DNA from: Raillietiella orientalis
Taxonomy: Eukaryota
DNA: 64,000 nucleotides
Reading direction: 5' to 3'
NCBI GenBank assembly: GCA_036172245.1
Contig: JAYWIR010000031.1
Coordinates: 992,001-1,056,000, forward strand
Below, piece by piece: positions 1-13,000 of this stretch (positions within the stretch are counted from its first letter, which is position 1; every line of letters begins with the position of its first letter). Below the pieces are notes generated by a model. It was given only the letters and a program-made list of their open reading frames with translations. It had not been told where the DNA came from and searched no databases. A program made the position numbers and the translations under genes.

Positions 1-3000
1 TGTCCAGCAGAAAAGAAAAGAGCATCTATGAGCGCAAATCACTCGCAAAATGGAGGCATTGAGAAGAATCTGGAGAGGTAGTTCTCTGAACTCCTGCCAT
101 CCATTCAGTGAAGATGGTGAAACGTGAAAGATAATAATTACTACAAGGGGAGAAAAATGTGCACAGTTAAAGTTTTCGAGTTACTCGACGGAAATTACAC
201 AGATCAAATCGACTGGAAATGCAGCTTGCCATAATGAGAGGTCCATTTATGACTCAAAAATGACTTTTTCTTGAAGAACCCTCGAGAGTTCTGCCGAGGA
301 GCCATCATCCTACATAGCAGCTCCACTGCATATTAGAAAGTATCTACCATTTTCTTCTCTTCTGATTTCGGAGATGTCTAAATCTTGAATTATAAAAAAA
401 AAAAAATTCTCTATTCGTTTCAATCACATCGAAAATCACGTCATTCGTCTTTCGTTTCGAGTCACAAGAAAAAAGCGCCATCAAGTACATGGATTACGCT
501 GATCAAGATCAAGATTTAATTAAGACAAAGTACTGTGGCCTTGGCAGTGGACTCGGTTCTATGGCTTTGGTGGATGCACGTTGCAGTTTCCGTATCTCTG
601 TTTTTGATTTTCGTCATTTCCACATGCTAGAAGACCTTGGTTGCCTGGATGGTCACGCGTGCATGATGAAGCAAAAGGGTGCTCGTATATACTAGCATTC
701 TCGTGCACCAAATCTGTACACATGAAACCTGTGTGTGTTCGTTATGCAGATATTCACAGACGAAGAGCCTACTGGTCTCGATCGTTACTGAGAGCGGATC
801 CAGACTCTGGTCGACTCTCCTCTCGATTCAAGAGCCTTCCACACCACGAAGGTCTTCTTGCTGGTGGTTTCCGAAGCGTTTCACTGCGTTTAGGAAGATG
901 ATCCTCCCACCGTTTTGGAGACTTGGATTTCGTGGTTCGACTGATCGATTCGCTGTCGATGTCCAGGCGGTGGAATTCTCTTCTGCTCCTCTCAGGTACT
1001 TTCAGCCAGCTCCAAATTATCTTCGGATGAAAGGTCCCTCTCCCACAGGCAATGTACCATCCGTGAATATTGAGGCCAGGAAGTTTTCTGATCGACACCT
1101 GTTGAAGAAACGGAAATTCATTCAAGGGAAAACAAAACACGCAATCATCGTCAGATTTTCAGATGGCAGACGGGGAGGAATAAACAACCTGTAACAGGAG
1201 AGGTATTGAATAAAAGGGAGTGCTGACAGCTGCTGCTGCAAAGGGACTTGCGAAAGATGGTCTGAAGAAACCCATCTCTCGCAGCGGAGGGTATCATTAA
1301 TTAAGGCTGGTCATCATCGCGAGGTTTTCCGACATCAGCGAATGAAGCGTATCCGACGCAGCTTGAAAATCCCATTTCAGCAGTGCGTGGACGAATAGGT
1401 GAAGGAGCAGGGGTGCTCCCAAGAACATCGGGAGGGTCAGAATATTCAGATTGGATCAAGTGAAATTTCTTTGTTTTCATTCGTTTGTGATTGGAATCTC
1501 GAGATGGTTTTCCGGTCTCAGGGAGTGAAGACGCAGTTTCGGGTTTCCGACTTTTTCAAAATCTTAGCGAATGACGGCAAAGGAACCGATCTCGAGTACC
1601 TGAGTTGGCCGAGACCATCGCGGGACTATGACTCGTTGCTTTTTGCATAGGGAAGATTGTACGTGCGTTCAAATAGATTTGTGTATTAATCTATGTAATA
1701 AACATGTGTGTTGGATTTTTGGTGATCTCTCGGGGCTGCGATCGTTCGGGATTCCGGGGAAAAAAAAAAAAGATTTGAAGGGGAGTGCCCGCTGGCCGAG
1801 CGTTCCCGCTCCTCGAGAAACGGGGATATTGCGCGGGAAAGTCTCCGGACAGCACCACCTCACCTTCCAAGCTGCAAAGGTCCCGGGAAAAAAAGGCAGG
1901 AACTAGGCAGCAGGTTTCAAAGTTCACCAAAGCCTTAAAAACGCTGGAACAGAGAAGCTAAGGGTTCTCGAAAAAAAAAAGAAAAAGAAACACTCAACTC
2001 TGTTTTTTAAAAAAAAATGAACACTAAAAAAAAAAGAAGAAGAAAAGCATATCTGAGGTCTTGAAATTGCAAAAACAAAGCAAAGCAAGTGGATAGCAAG
2101 CATTACGAAAAACAACTTTCCCCACCGACATTCCATCGCCTGCGAGGTAATTGTGTTCCATTCGTCTACCCCATTATCTGCGAAAACATCAACCCCAAAC
2201 GCGAAAACCCAGCACCAGTTCCATCCTCCAGGAGCCGATCCTGAATCATGACAAAGGACCAAAACCTGGCTTGCAGCGAAACGGAAGAAGTGTTTTCGGA
2301 CCAAACTGCTCCCAATGAGTCTTGAGCATCAGCCCCATCCGGGAACAGGCAACTTTTCCAGTACAGTCCACATGCGGTTCCCTTTCGGGAGATTTTGTCT
2401 CTTTGTGACGAGTTCCTCTTTGTGACAGCTCCTGTGGGGATCTCTGCCTCACCTGTGGCTTGATGTGGACTTTTTTACTCGCTTCACTCAAGAGGACGAA
2501 CCGTCGAGCGAAGAATGGAAGCGTCCTCCGTTGCCATTGTGGTCACAAGTCGTTCTGTCTGGCTCTGGATCCACAAGACCTGATTTCATAGCAAGTTCAG
2601 CAGACTCTTCCTGCCAGTTAGTGTGCCGCCTGGCAGGAAAGTTCCGTTGAGTGAGGTCTTCAGCTGCACAACTTTGCCTCCTGATGTTTGTTTCCTGTTC
2701 CCTGGAAGGGAACCTCGTCGGTAGAATGCACAGATTCCTTTCATGCAATCCTCCCCTTCTTCGCCTAGAGATGTAAGGAACCTGGGGTTTCTGAATCAGG
2801 ATTTGTGATGATTTGGGGAGAAGTGCGTGGCGGGCTGCCCTCAAGGGCCACAGCGCAATTCCAATCAAGACCAGAATTGGTGGTGAAACGGAGGCTCAAA
2901 AACAACCCCTCCCGGTCCTGCAGATGTAGTCAGTGGATCCCTGTTCATCAGGAAGAGGCAAATCTTGCTCTAGAGGAGCGAGTTTCTGGAGGCGAGCATC

Positions 3001-3401
3001 TCCGAAGTGCTCTTGAACACGACTTCTCCCAAAGATAATTGAGAAGAAATTTTCGAAGATAATTACCCCATCGTGGAAACGGATTCTCTTCCTAGCCCAG
3101 TTTGATGTATTTGTAGGGGTCGATCTCAGTGTAAACAGGACAGCGGTTCCAGAAATTTCTAAAAATTTCCGGAAGTGGATAGTCCTTCAGATGTGGGGAA
3201 AACGACTTGGCTATCCCGCAAGGTTACTTCAAATGACGATGATCTCGGCAAGGAGTTTCGGGCAAGATTCACCTCGACTTGCTACGGGAGAAAAAGTATT
3301 AGAAATCTCGTGAGAACCCGAGGCAGTGCCGCATCGGAAATTTTCAGAGCTCACAGGGGTCTGCAAAATCCAAGAAACTTAATCTCCGGTCAGAAGATCT
3401 G

Positions 3402-3430
3402 AAAAAAAAAAAAAAAAAAAAAAAAAAAAA
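3402..3430. repeat. Poly(A)/poly(T) homopolymer (29 nt)
   Basis: Direct observation. It is one of many A/T runs of 10 nt or more in the window. Confidence 0.95.
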
Positions 3431-5227
3431 CAGCAACAACAATAACAATAACTATCAAATCGATTAAATTACATGAGCAATTAACTAAATCTGTTCATGA
3501 CTTATCCGATGTCAGAGATTTACTTAGAGGTAAACATGGCCATAGAAGAGAAGTTTGGAGTGGCATCACGAATATTGGGGAAGTCAAAGGCCATTGCTCT
3601 TTGCGCATTTCTCCTTGTTTTTACTGACCCTCAGTGAAAAAAAGAAAATTATTCTTTGAAAGTGTTCTGTGTTTTGAAAGGAGAAAGCGTTTTTTTAGAA
3701 TGTTTCCAGCGTACACGGTAAGCTAATGGTTTGGGTGTAAGTGATTCGGAAAAAAAAAAAAAAAATAAAATACCGCAAGTGAAAGTAATTCGATGCGATC
3801 GTTGCAAAGAAAAAAAAAAAAGAAACAAAGAAAAGAAAGAAAGGGAATTTCATTCTTAATGTACAGTGGAGTCTCAGAGATCATAGCTGTGCTTTTAATT
3901 CATTGATGACAGTGTGTATTTTCATTGACAGATTTTCTCTATGCCATGCTATTGGTGTGTTTTGTGGGGACCGCTTCGTAATATGGAAAACACGAGTTGT
4001 CATTTGTATCTTTCGCCAGCTCGAATTTCTCTGGAAGTGTCTTACCCTCTCCCTTCAGGAATTCATTTCCACTATTGCCTTCGTCTCTGATCGTCTTCAA
4101 GAAGTAATCTCATGCATACGGAATGCCCACGGCTGGGTCTTCAACGGATTCTGTATTTCAGTTGCGATTGCATCCAATGCCTCCATGCGTTTTTTCTGAT
4201 TTGTGTACTTTTGGAGCGCGATTAAAACACTGCCTTAAAACTGTCCCATCGTCGCCGGGGGAAAATTGTGTACAGCTTATGGTGCTTGCTGTTTTTGAAT
4301 CGCAAGAACGAAACTGCTTAAACACACGTGTGTGTACATAATTAAAACGGAAGCTGCGGCGACTAAAACTGATGTTTGAAGTCGGGTGGGAATTGGTTCC
4401 AGGAATTTCCCAAGCTTTCCGGGAATCAAAGAATAAGGAAATGAATGAGCTGGTTTTCCGATTTTTACGTGGAAGCTGACCTCTAAGGTCTCGCTTGCTT
4501 CTTTCCCGCTCATGGTCATGAATAAGAAACCTTTGCTTTTGGAGTGGTTGCATGATGCGACATCTCCCGTGAAGGAGGATGTGCAACCACGGTTTCTTGA
4601 GTCAGTGTCGAACGTGTCGAAGTCTCGCTGCAAGACGATACCGAAGCCGCTATTTTGCTACGATTTTACAGATTAACAAAAGGGAAAGTTCCTGCTTCAG
4701 TCAGCCATCTCTGGTTTCTGACTTTCATCCGAGTTCATTCGGCTGGTGAAAAAAAAAAAAAATTTATATGGCAAAGAGCAAAGAGATTTCTGTTATGCCA
4801 ATCTCATCTTGCAAACGAAGAGTTTCTCGCAAGCAACGTAAAGCAACGATTCTTGGTTTTGGTCTCTTCTTATGTTGATGATGGTTCGGTGTTCTCAGCC
4901 TGGGATGACTTCCCAGATTCTCATCTTCGCAGGTTGTGCTCCGTATCGTTCGAAGTGCTCTTTCGAGAAAAGCAACTCATTCTTTAAAGTTGCTGTTACT
5001 CAAATTGTGCTGACAAACATCCCAATAAAGCGAGGTCAAACTTCATGATTTTGCTTCTCCTGGACTGTGCGCATTGTGATAGCTGCTATACTGCCATGAC
5101 CACTTACTAAATGCAATTAAGCAATTTCCAAGTGCAAATTGTGGAATTTTGTAAATGAAGTGCCTGCGACTGAAAGGCGGAACGCCAGAGAATTCCTCAT
5201 CTCTTGAAACCAATCGATCAGTCGAAA

Positions 5228-5245
5228 ATGCAATGCTTTATTCGC
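5228..5245 (+). CDS. Gene A, putative coding exon 1 (MQCFIR; start of signal peptide)
   Basis: AAA-ATG at 5228 and GTGTGT donor at 5246. A phase-0 join to exon 2 gives MQCFIRGVALCFFSVCFVSSTA, a plausible signal peptide (82-nt intron). The donor is weak, and the unspliced ATG at 5310 is an alternative start. Confidence 0.35.
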
Positions 5246-5327
5246 GTGTGTGCAAGCATTTGATAATTCCTATAATCATCATCATTAGTGATCTGTTTCT
5301 AATTCGCATATGTTCTTTAATTGGCAG

Positions 5328-5682
5328 GGTGTAGCCCTGTGTTTCTTCTCCGTATGCTTCGTTTCGTCGACTGCAATGCACACCGATTTTGAAGATTATG
5401 ATATCCCGACGAAATTTTTCAGTTGGGCTGGAGTGAAAGACGATGTTGCATCTGATCCTACGATTTTCGACTTAGACCCCCGTTTTTTTTTCAATTACAT
5501 GCATTACCACTATCCTAAAGCAGTACTTGAAAACCCAGATGCAGATCATCCTCCAGTATCGGTTACTGGTTCATTTGAGCCTGGCTCAGAATTTTCCGAA
5601 AATTCCGAAACTGAGATCAATTCGATGCGAAAAAAGGAAAATGCCAGTGAGGCTGGACCAGGAGGCAGTGATTTGCACACGA
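5328..5682 (+). CDS. Gene A, coding exon 2: signal peptide h-region plus aromatic/acidic N-terminal segment of an uncharacterised secreted protein
   Basis: Lies within ORF 5310..5711. Acceptor ttggcAG ends at 5327 and a consensus GTAAGT donor starts at 5683 (phase 1). Encodes GVALCFFSVCFVSSTA then MHTDFEDYDIPTKFFSWAG...FFFNYMHYHYPK. Confidence 0.7.
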
Positions 5683-5730
5683 GTAAGTATCCTCATCACA
5701 TGAAAGATTGATTCATTCCTCTTGATCCAG

Positions 5731-5826
5731 CAGGGGAAAAAGCACCCACCAAAGTCCAAGTTCAAGAAAAAGTAACATCCAATCACGGGGATAACACTTC
5801 CAAAAAAGAATCCTTCGTTCCCAAAG
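5731..5826 (+). CDS. Gene A, coding exon 3 (TGEKAPTKVQVQEKVTSNHGDNTSKKESFVPK)
   Basis: Pyrimidine tract plus ccAG/cAG acceptor at 5730, and AAG|GTGAGT donor at 5827. The exon is 96 nt, phase 1-1, and open in the frame that joins exon 2 to exon 4. It is absent from the ORF track because it is too short. Confidence 0.6.
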
Positions 5827-6234
5827 GTGAGTAAATGGCTCCTTGGCATTCCTCTCTGCAAGACGTTCCCTTCCTTGTCAAAATCACGAGTTGACACAAT
5901 ATAAGAGAACAGTTTTCGGATGCAGGAGAGATCCGTGTATTCCCATGCCTTTGGGCCGTTCACTTTGATGAGGGAATTTAAATCATAGGGAAGCTCCTGT
6001 TCCTTTCGATCATCCTGAAAGAACCTGACTTAAAGTTTGCGGCTTATAATGCGTTCTTTCTTCTCAAAATCACGGATTACGGAAAACCATCTTGTTTGCT
6101 CTTAGACAGCTGAAAGATTCGGTCGCGAGTCTGCATTTCTCCGCATTTTATTTGCTCAGAAGCTCCCGATCTTGTTAATTCGGTGGGCTGGGAAAACAAA
6201 ACTTCATGCGTCTAGCGATGAAAAATGCTTTCAG

Positions 6235-7856
6235 AAACCATCCCTCAAGCCCAGAAGGATGATTCACACTACCTAGATCGACAGTCATCAAACAAAGATG
6301 CTCTGTTTTCAAACCAGAATGGAATTCATCCTAACTTATCTAGAAAGAAGGAAGCCATTTCTCCTCATCTAATAGAAGACTCCGACTATGCGAATGACAA
6401 ACTAATAGAGGTCTCAGTACCAATTGAATCGTTTCCCTACATCATGCCACCAAGAAACGTGTTTCATCGAGAGAGCAGCAGATTCACTCCAAACAAACTG
6501 CGTGACCCCGTTTCCAGAGTTCACCAGCAATTCATCCCTCAAACGGCGATGCTCAAAATTCATTCTTTTGAAGACCCCGAACGAAATTTACACACCGTTT
6601 CTTACCCGCCCCAGGATCCACTACCGTACGGACTGCCTTTCCATTTCGCCTATGTTCCTAGAAGTGACGCGAAAGTTTCCTCGGCAAATGCCCCATCTTC
6701 TTTTCCTTCCAAACCTTACATCTTCAATTCGTTTCCAAGAATACCGCCAAGAAGTGGGGCCTTCTTGCCCTTTAGTAGGGTCAACGGTTCTCTTGGACCT
6801 CCAAAGAACAGTTTGCTACAATCCGTTCGAAACAGTAATACTTACGGCAGCTTGCATTTTCCTGTTTCGGCAGGAAATGTCCATAAGGATGCAAATTTGA
6901 ATTTCAACGCTCCTCTCAGCAGTATGGCTCCATCGTCCTTTTTCCACAATCCTCACAACCAACTGAATGGACGCGGATCACCCAAGAAGCAGACGGAGGA
7001 ACTCGTGAAAGAACATTCTGGCTCAGTTCCTGAAAAAAGAGTCAACCACTCAAACAAGGAAATCTATAGCTCACATCAGAAGTCCTCACTTTGCCCAATG
7101 GGAGGAGAAAATTGCGCCCCCTGCAATTTTTCTTCAGTGGACAAGGCGAATTCCCCAAACGCAACGCAGCTATCAGCAAGTACTGTTAATGGGTCGGACG
7201 AGGACGGGAAGGTGAACGCGACTGAACTCAACGCGCAGTCTTATCCGGAAAACACCACATGCACATCTGGTCCATGTGTGGATCTTGCGAAAGATAGCGT
7301 TTCCGGCATGGAAAGCGATATGCTTCTACTGAGTTCTAACAGCAGCTTCGAGGACACGCAGAGTCCGAGCAGCCAGAAAGCAAGGAGCAAGCCACCCCCC
7401 ACAAACCAGCAAACATTTCTTTATGTAAACACGGACGAATGGCAAAGAAACCAGACAGCTCCTGGGAATGTCTTCAACGGAGACATCAACGTATTTTTCC
7501 TATCCTTTTCAGCCATATTCAACAACACCAAAGGGAAAAGCTTCTTTGTTGTTCCCATCTCTGCGGCAAATGCTTCTCAGTCAAAACACCTCCCGCATGT
7601 ATGCAGTTTTTTCAAAAATCTGCTTCAGACTAAGCAGGAGCTGCCACCTGTTAAACGCAACCACGAAGATGAAGGCTTTTCCACGACAGTGAAACAAAAC
7701 TCGGATCTTGCAAGTGATGCTGAAGAGGAAGCAGCAAGTCAGCACAAAGAGGATAAAAACTCGGACGCCTCGCAACCTCAAACCACGAACACCACGCACA
7801 TCACGATTCCGCCATTGGATGCTGGAGACGATGAACCAGATGTGTCGGACGTGTAA
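6235..7856 (+). CDS. Gene A, large terminal coding exon: Ser/Pro/Asn-rich, largely disordered, putatively N-glycosylated secreted protein of unknown function
   Basis: Main part of the 543-aa ORF 6225..7856, in average-GC sequence where such a length is unlikely by chance. The tttcAG acceptor at 6234 gives a phase-1 join (G|AA = Glu) consistent with exon 3. It has many N-X-S/T sequons, two small Cys motifs and an acidic tail. Confidence 0.8.
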
Positions 7857-9269
7857 AGGAAGCTCGAAAGTCTGCCAAGGCTTGGAGAGCAAGTTTTCGC
7901 TCCATTGTAATAACAAGGAGACGCCTTTTCTTCAATTTTCGAATGCTGATAATTTTCCACTCTTGGATCGACCACTTTCTGCAAAACTATTAGTGAAAAA
8001 CTGTAACCCTGTCAGAAACAGTTTCAGTAAAGATTTTCTTTGTAGGCTTTGGTATTCATTCACGGGGTAAGGAGGTTTGTTTTGTGGGCTTCCCCCCTAG
8101 GACTGGCGTTCAAATATTTTGCAAACAGCAGCATGCTGGAAAAGGAAAGTAGGAAAATTCCGTTTGATTCCCGCCTGCTCGTGTAAAGCTCACAACTGAA
8201 TTTCCAGATGTGTGAACAGCTCCGGAAAATTCTCTTCCCTTGTTTTACTGAACTTTAGGGGGGATCCAGAATGATGATGCAACAAGAGGATCGTTTTCCT
8301 CGATATTAAGGGACTGCCTGCGCACAAACATTTCAAGCATTGGCCTCAGGCACAGCTGTCCAACTTGCAGTGGCCATTCACAAAATCTCAACGGGCTGTT
8401 GCTTTGTGGAGATTCAAAAGACCTTGATGGAATCGCATCCATCGCGTCAGTGACACAAAAGTTGGATACATTCTGGCAGACCGTCCAGGACACGATGATG
8501 GACTCCAGATGCTTCAAAATCAAAAGAAGATTGTGCCACTCACGTTTTATAGAGTTTCAACCTCCTATGTAACGTGCTCACCCGTACTGCTGTTTCTCAA
8601 GACCACCCCCCACAGGCTTCTTGCTCGCACGGAAGCATGAAATCGATAACATCTGTAAAACATCTTCAAACGATAAAAGCTCTCTCGTGCAAAGTGGAAC
8701 GGGATTCTTCTATAAAAATGACCCTTCACTGAGTTTGATGTCAGCGAACTCGTAGGTACCTTTTAAGGAGCACTGGAGCCTTTGAAAAGAACTTCAAAGA
8801 CTGCATTCCTGCTTTTTGGATCCAGTAACTCTGTCTCTGTGCAGCTTTCCTGAAAAATTCTCTTCCAAATTATCTGCAACGAAAGATTCAGTGCAGTCTG
8901 TCTTCTGATGCAGAGCAGATTGCATTAGAAACTAGGACAACCCTTCTTGTCCACGGATGCCGAAGAGACTTCCTAAGGTATTTCAACAAGTGCTGTATCT
9001 CTTTTCTTTGATTTCATGAGCAGTTGCACAACATCTTTTTTTTAAAAAAAAATTTCAATCTTTCTGAAGAAACTGTAAACGAAGGAAGCGATCTTTGGAA
9101 TCGAAAACTTAGAAAGACATGGACTCAGCTTTCGATGTCTTTGGAATCAAAGAGAGGAAAGTAGGGATCCTCAGTTCAAGATTTTCAAGGAAAATGGGCA
9201 CTTGCAACTTGAAATCGGATTCATGGCATTCAATCGTGTCAGGTCAATCATGGAAAGGGAATCGTGTCA

Positions 9270-10020
9270 ACTGAATATACACCGAGTCAAATAAGAACCG
9301 CGAGCACAACGCGCAAGAGCTCACCATGAAACCATGGCAACTGCTTTGGTGTTTTCAGCTGTGAGAGCTCACGTTGTAGCTGATGCTCTTTTTCGGTAGA
9401 GAAGGGTTTCCAGCAGGTTGGCATCTAGGTCTCCATGAGAGAGTGGACCTCTTGGGTTCTTTTCTGTCTTCGCTGTTTTTTTTCCCTTCGAGCATTTCTT
9501 TTCAGGTTTTTCAGGTTTTCTTTTTTTTGGTTCGCTAAGTACCTCAAGAGCCGGTCGCGTGCCTCGCGGCGCATGTGGCTCTCTAACACGGTTCCACGTC
9601 ACCCGCGGAGGTTGCTTGTTATTCTTCAAGATAGGGGGCACCCCGGAAGGGGGGTTCCGCCCTATGAATCCAGGAAGGACTCGGAGTCCGTTCCTCTCAC
9701 ACTTGGGGAGAAAGCTCCCCTTCAGGGAGAATTGCACCTCTCACCCTGGTTGTCTCCGAAGGGAATCTCCTTCCTCGTTCTCTCCGGAGGGACCACCCCG
9801 GAAGGGGAGTGATCCTCTCCATTTCATCTTCTCCGAAGGGAACCCGCAAGGGAACAGCTCCTGTTCGCTCCACTGAAGAGAACCCCGAAGGGACGCTTCC
9901 GAAATTCAGAAGGGGCGCTGCAGCTTCCCGCAGGGGGATCGCTCTCTCTTGCTTCCTTGCACTCTGTGAAGAGGCGGCGACTCGGAGGGTCCCCCCCACA
10001 ACAGAGGGGGGTCCGCTCCT
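9270..10020 (+). repeat. Dispersed repeat copy 1 (T-rich segment followed by a GC-rich, hairpin-dense body); possible non-autonomous mobile element remnant
   Basis: Shares collinear blocks with the reverse complement of about 16510-17100: gctca(c/t)gt..tagct..tgct, ggtctc, caggttttc, tttggtt(c/t)gctaagt, aggaagg, ggagtccgttcctc, cgaagggaa..ccttcct, cttctccgaagg. Boundaries are approximate. Confidence 0.65.
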
Positions 10021-13000
10021 TTAAACAACTGGAGAGTTGCCCGTGAAGGTCTGGCTTTTAGAATATGCAAAGTGCAACAAAGCTGCCACTGAATCTATTT
10101 GCTGAGTTTCGTTTTCTAATGCTTCAAAGATTTTCTAAAAAGGTCTTCGACCGTGGAAAGGATAAAAAATCTTTGAAAAGCTAAGTCTGATTTCGATTTC
10201 GTTCCAGCATCACAAGCATGCTTCATTCATCCATCAGTTACTCTTATCAGCTACTGCACCCGAAATTAGTTGCCTGCGAAGTCTGAAGAACGCTCGAAGT
10301 TTGTTTGCTAAGCGGAAGCGGCGAACCTGCCTAGAAAGAGGCTGAAGATCTCAACTAACTAAGGAATCGAGATTCGAATTTAGTTCTCACCATGTGATGA
10401 ATATTTCAGTTCAATCCAGTCGATGTGACCAAACTGAGATGAAATTTGGTTGGCAGAACTCATACGCGGAAATGACAAGTCGCATCCGATGGGTTTTCTT
10501 CTCCAAGCGAAGTCTTTCGTGAAGGTCTCGAAAACATGAAACTTCGCGAGAACTCTGATGAAAGATGCAGCAAGATGCAGACTGGCAAACTGCATGGAAA
10601 ACCTTAACGTTCATTGATATCACGGCGAGTATGTCTGCGGCCATCAACTTACACTCCCTGATTCTGTAGCGATGTGCAGTGCTCGTCGATAAATCGCGAA
10701 GGATACCCAAAAACTTGAAGGAAGGAAAGGGAAACTTTAGTACACGTCTCACGCCTCGTTTCAGGATTCTGTGCCACGTTTTTCTGGCGGGAGCAAACTT
10801 TGAACGTGGTGAATACCTTGGCTGAAATTTGACGGTTCAAAGGAGCACGCGAAAGGATTCTCCAGGGATTCTCAACAGAGTCCAAATCTCCATTTCTCTT
10901 TGCTGAAGCTTGAGGATACAGAATTTTTGGGAGCCAGTAAGGAAAGCTGTCAACCTGAAAATCCGAGAAGAGTGAACGACCTGACCCTATCATCTCGTTC
11001 CACAGAAATTTTCAACAAGAGAGCAGACTTTCCTCCCTCTTTTAAGTGTGCTCTCGACTTATGCTGCAAATGATAAGCGTCCCCTAAGAGACCCCAACTA
11101 AGAGAAGTAATAAAAAATGGATGCTTTGGCATGGAGCTGCAAGCCGCTGTCACCTCTCCTCGCCTCATCACCGCGAAGAGATACGCAGTCACGGTGCTGC
11201 CAGTTTTGCCTGAAATTCCATGCTCAAAAATGCGTTGTTTACTTTGCGCTCGAAATGCCAGACTGCGAAAGCATCCTGTTTGAAACACTACAATTTACTA
11301 CTGATGCTGAAAATTGTCTTCCGTCAAAACATAGGAAGAATCATTACATCCGGGTTGGACCGTTTGCTTTCTCCATGGGATAGGCGCTGAAGGGATTTTT
11401 GGTGCAGTGGGCGATGCTTTTGCATGAACTGCCAAGAAAGCTGGACTTCTTCAGCATCCAGAATACTGTAAGAGCACTTCGGAGGCGCTGTGCAAGGAAT
11501 GTGTGGCAAGTGCACTCCCAGGAAATGTATGCTCCACATGTGGACATTTGGGATGGAAGAAACTCCGATGTATCTCTCACATCTGCTGGAAAGCAGGACT
11601 TCTTCCTTGCAAGCTTTTTCTTTCCATGTACTCCATTCACAGGGATTCAGATAACTCCCAAGTCTGAAAACACAAACCAGGTTCAGAAATGGATAATTAA
11701 TTCATAGCTCTGGACGATGGAAGCACAGAGTGGGTATTTTCTAAGAAAGTCCAGTGATCTTGCTCTGAAGCTGCTGAAGAGTATCGACACTGAAAGTAAA
11801 GTTTCGTCGGACTTTCGAATTAACAGACTGTCTCGTCTTGGTGAAGCAGTTCTCATTTTCCCCTTTTACTCAGAAGTGTGTCATATCACATTGGCGTGTG
11901 AACGTTAAGCCAGAAAAAGTTCTGCTCACTTGCAGTGACGATCTGAAATGAAAACTTGGTCCTGCTGCAGCGAAAATTCCCCACTTTTCCTAGGATACGT
12001 TCGTGAAATGCAGATAAAAGCCATGAATTTGCCGCTTTTTTTTTTTTTTTTTCTTTTCTATGCGTGTTGGCATTTCCTGTGTCCATTGAGAGCATGTACC
12101 TGGCCCAGAATTAAAAATTTCGCCGGAGAGAACGTGGCGTGACATGGGTCAACTTGGTAAAAAGGTTCATTCGCAAATTCTTCAGGACAAAATAAGGAAC
12201 GAAGGGGAATGATTATTATTATCGCATATCGAAATGCTTCCAGTGCGAGTTTGCTAAACTTTGACTCACTGCCCATGGAGTATTGAGGTCGATAAGGTCA
12301 ATATTGTAGGTGTACTGGGCAGTCTAACTTTCGGCTTTGTAAACAACCAGAGAAATGACCATTTGAAAAATTTGCTGCCATAGCTGGGGGCAGTATTCCT
12401 CAGTGGGAAAGGGCGACTTCAGCTTTCGCAATGCTGCAGCAGAAAACAATGATCCATGATGTGGAGCCATAAAGCTACCGTTTTCCAGGAATATGGCTGT
12501 CGAGCGTTATATCACTCCACAGCATCGTAAAATATGTAATAAGAGAGCTCTGAAAATTTCAGCGAAGATGGTCCTCTGCAATAGACGGCCGCTTTTCTTC
12601 TTGTGAATATGAAGGAAGAGCTATTTGCATCCTGGTTTTGCCGATAAAAAATTTTTTAGATTGGTAAAAAAATTGCGAGATTTTCATCTCTCTCATTTGT
12701 ATTTTCTTTGCGCTTATTTTTCTCCTGAGAATCAAAACGCTTCATGGTGACAGCGACACATGATGAATTGCTTTTCCCTCCCATTTGTGCACCGGCAAGA
12801 AGTGGGGATGGAGTCATACTTGGGATAAATGAAAGTACTTTTTGGTTTGAAATGGTACGACGCTGTTGCCCACGTCAATGGCTTTGACAGAATTGGATCC
12901 GGGTATTTCTTCCTCATTCCTTCGTCCTGTTTACAGTGATTCGTCCTTACCTGTCAGATACCTGTTTAGATGCTCTACTCTTCTTGCAGAAGGAAGCTGC

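Noticed and set aside
679..4633. Possible minus-strand spliced gene from acceptor-like sites near 1100, 3400 and 4628, and ORF 679..1194
   Set aside because: Candidate exons hit stops soon after joining in the frames I tested and none resembles a known protein. A non-coding transcript cannot be excluded.
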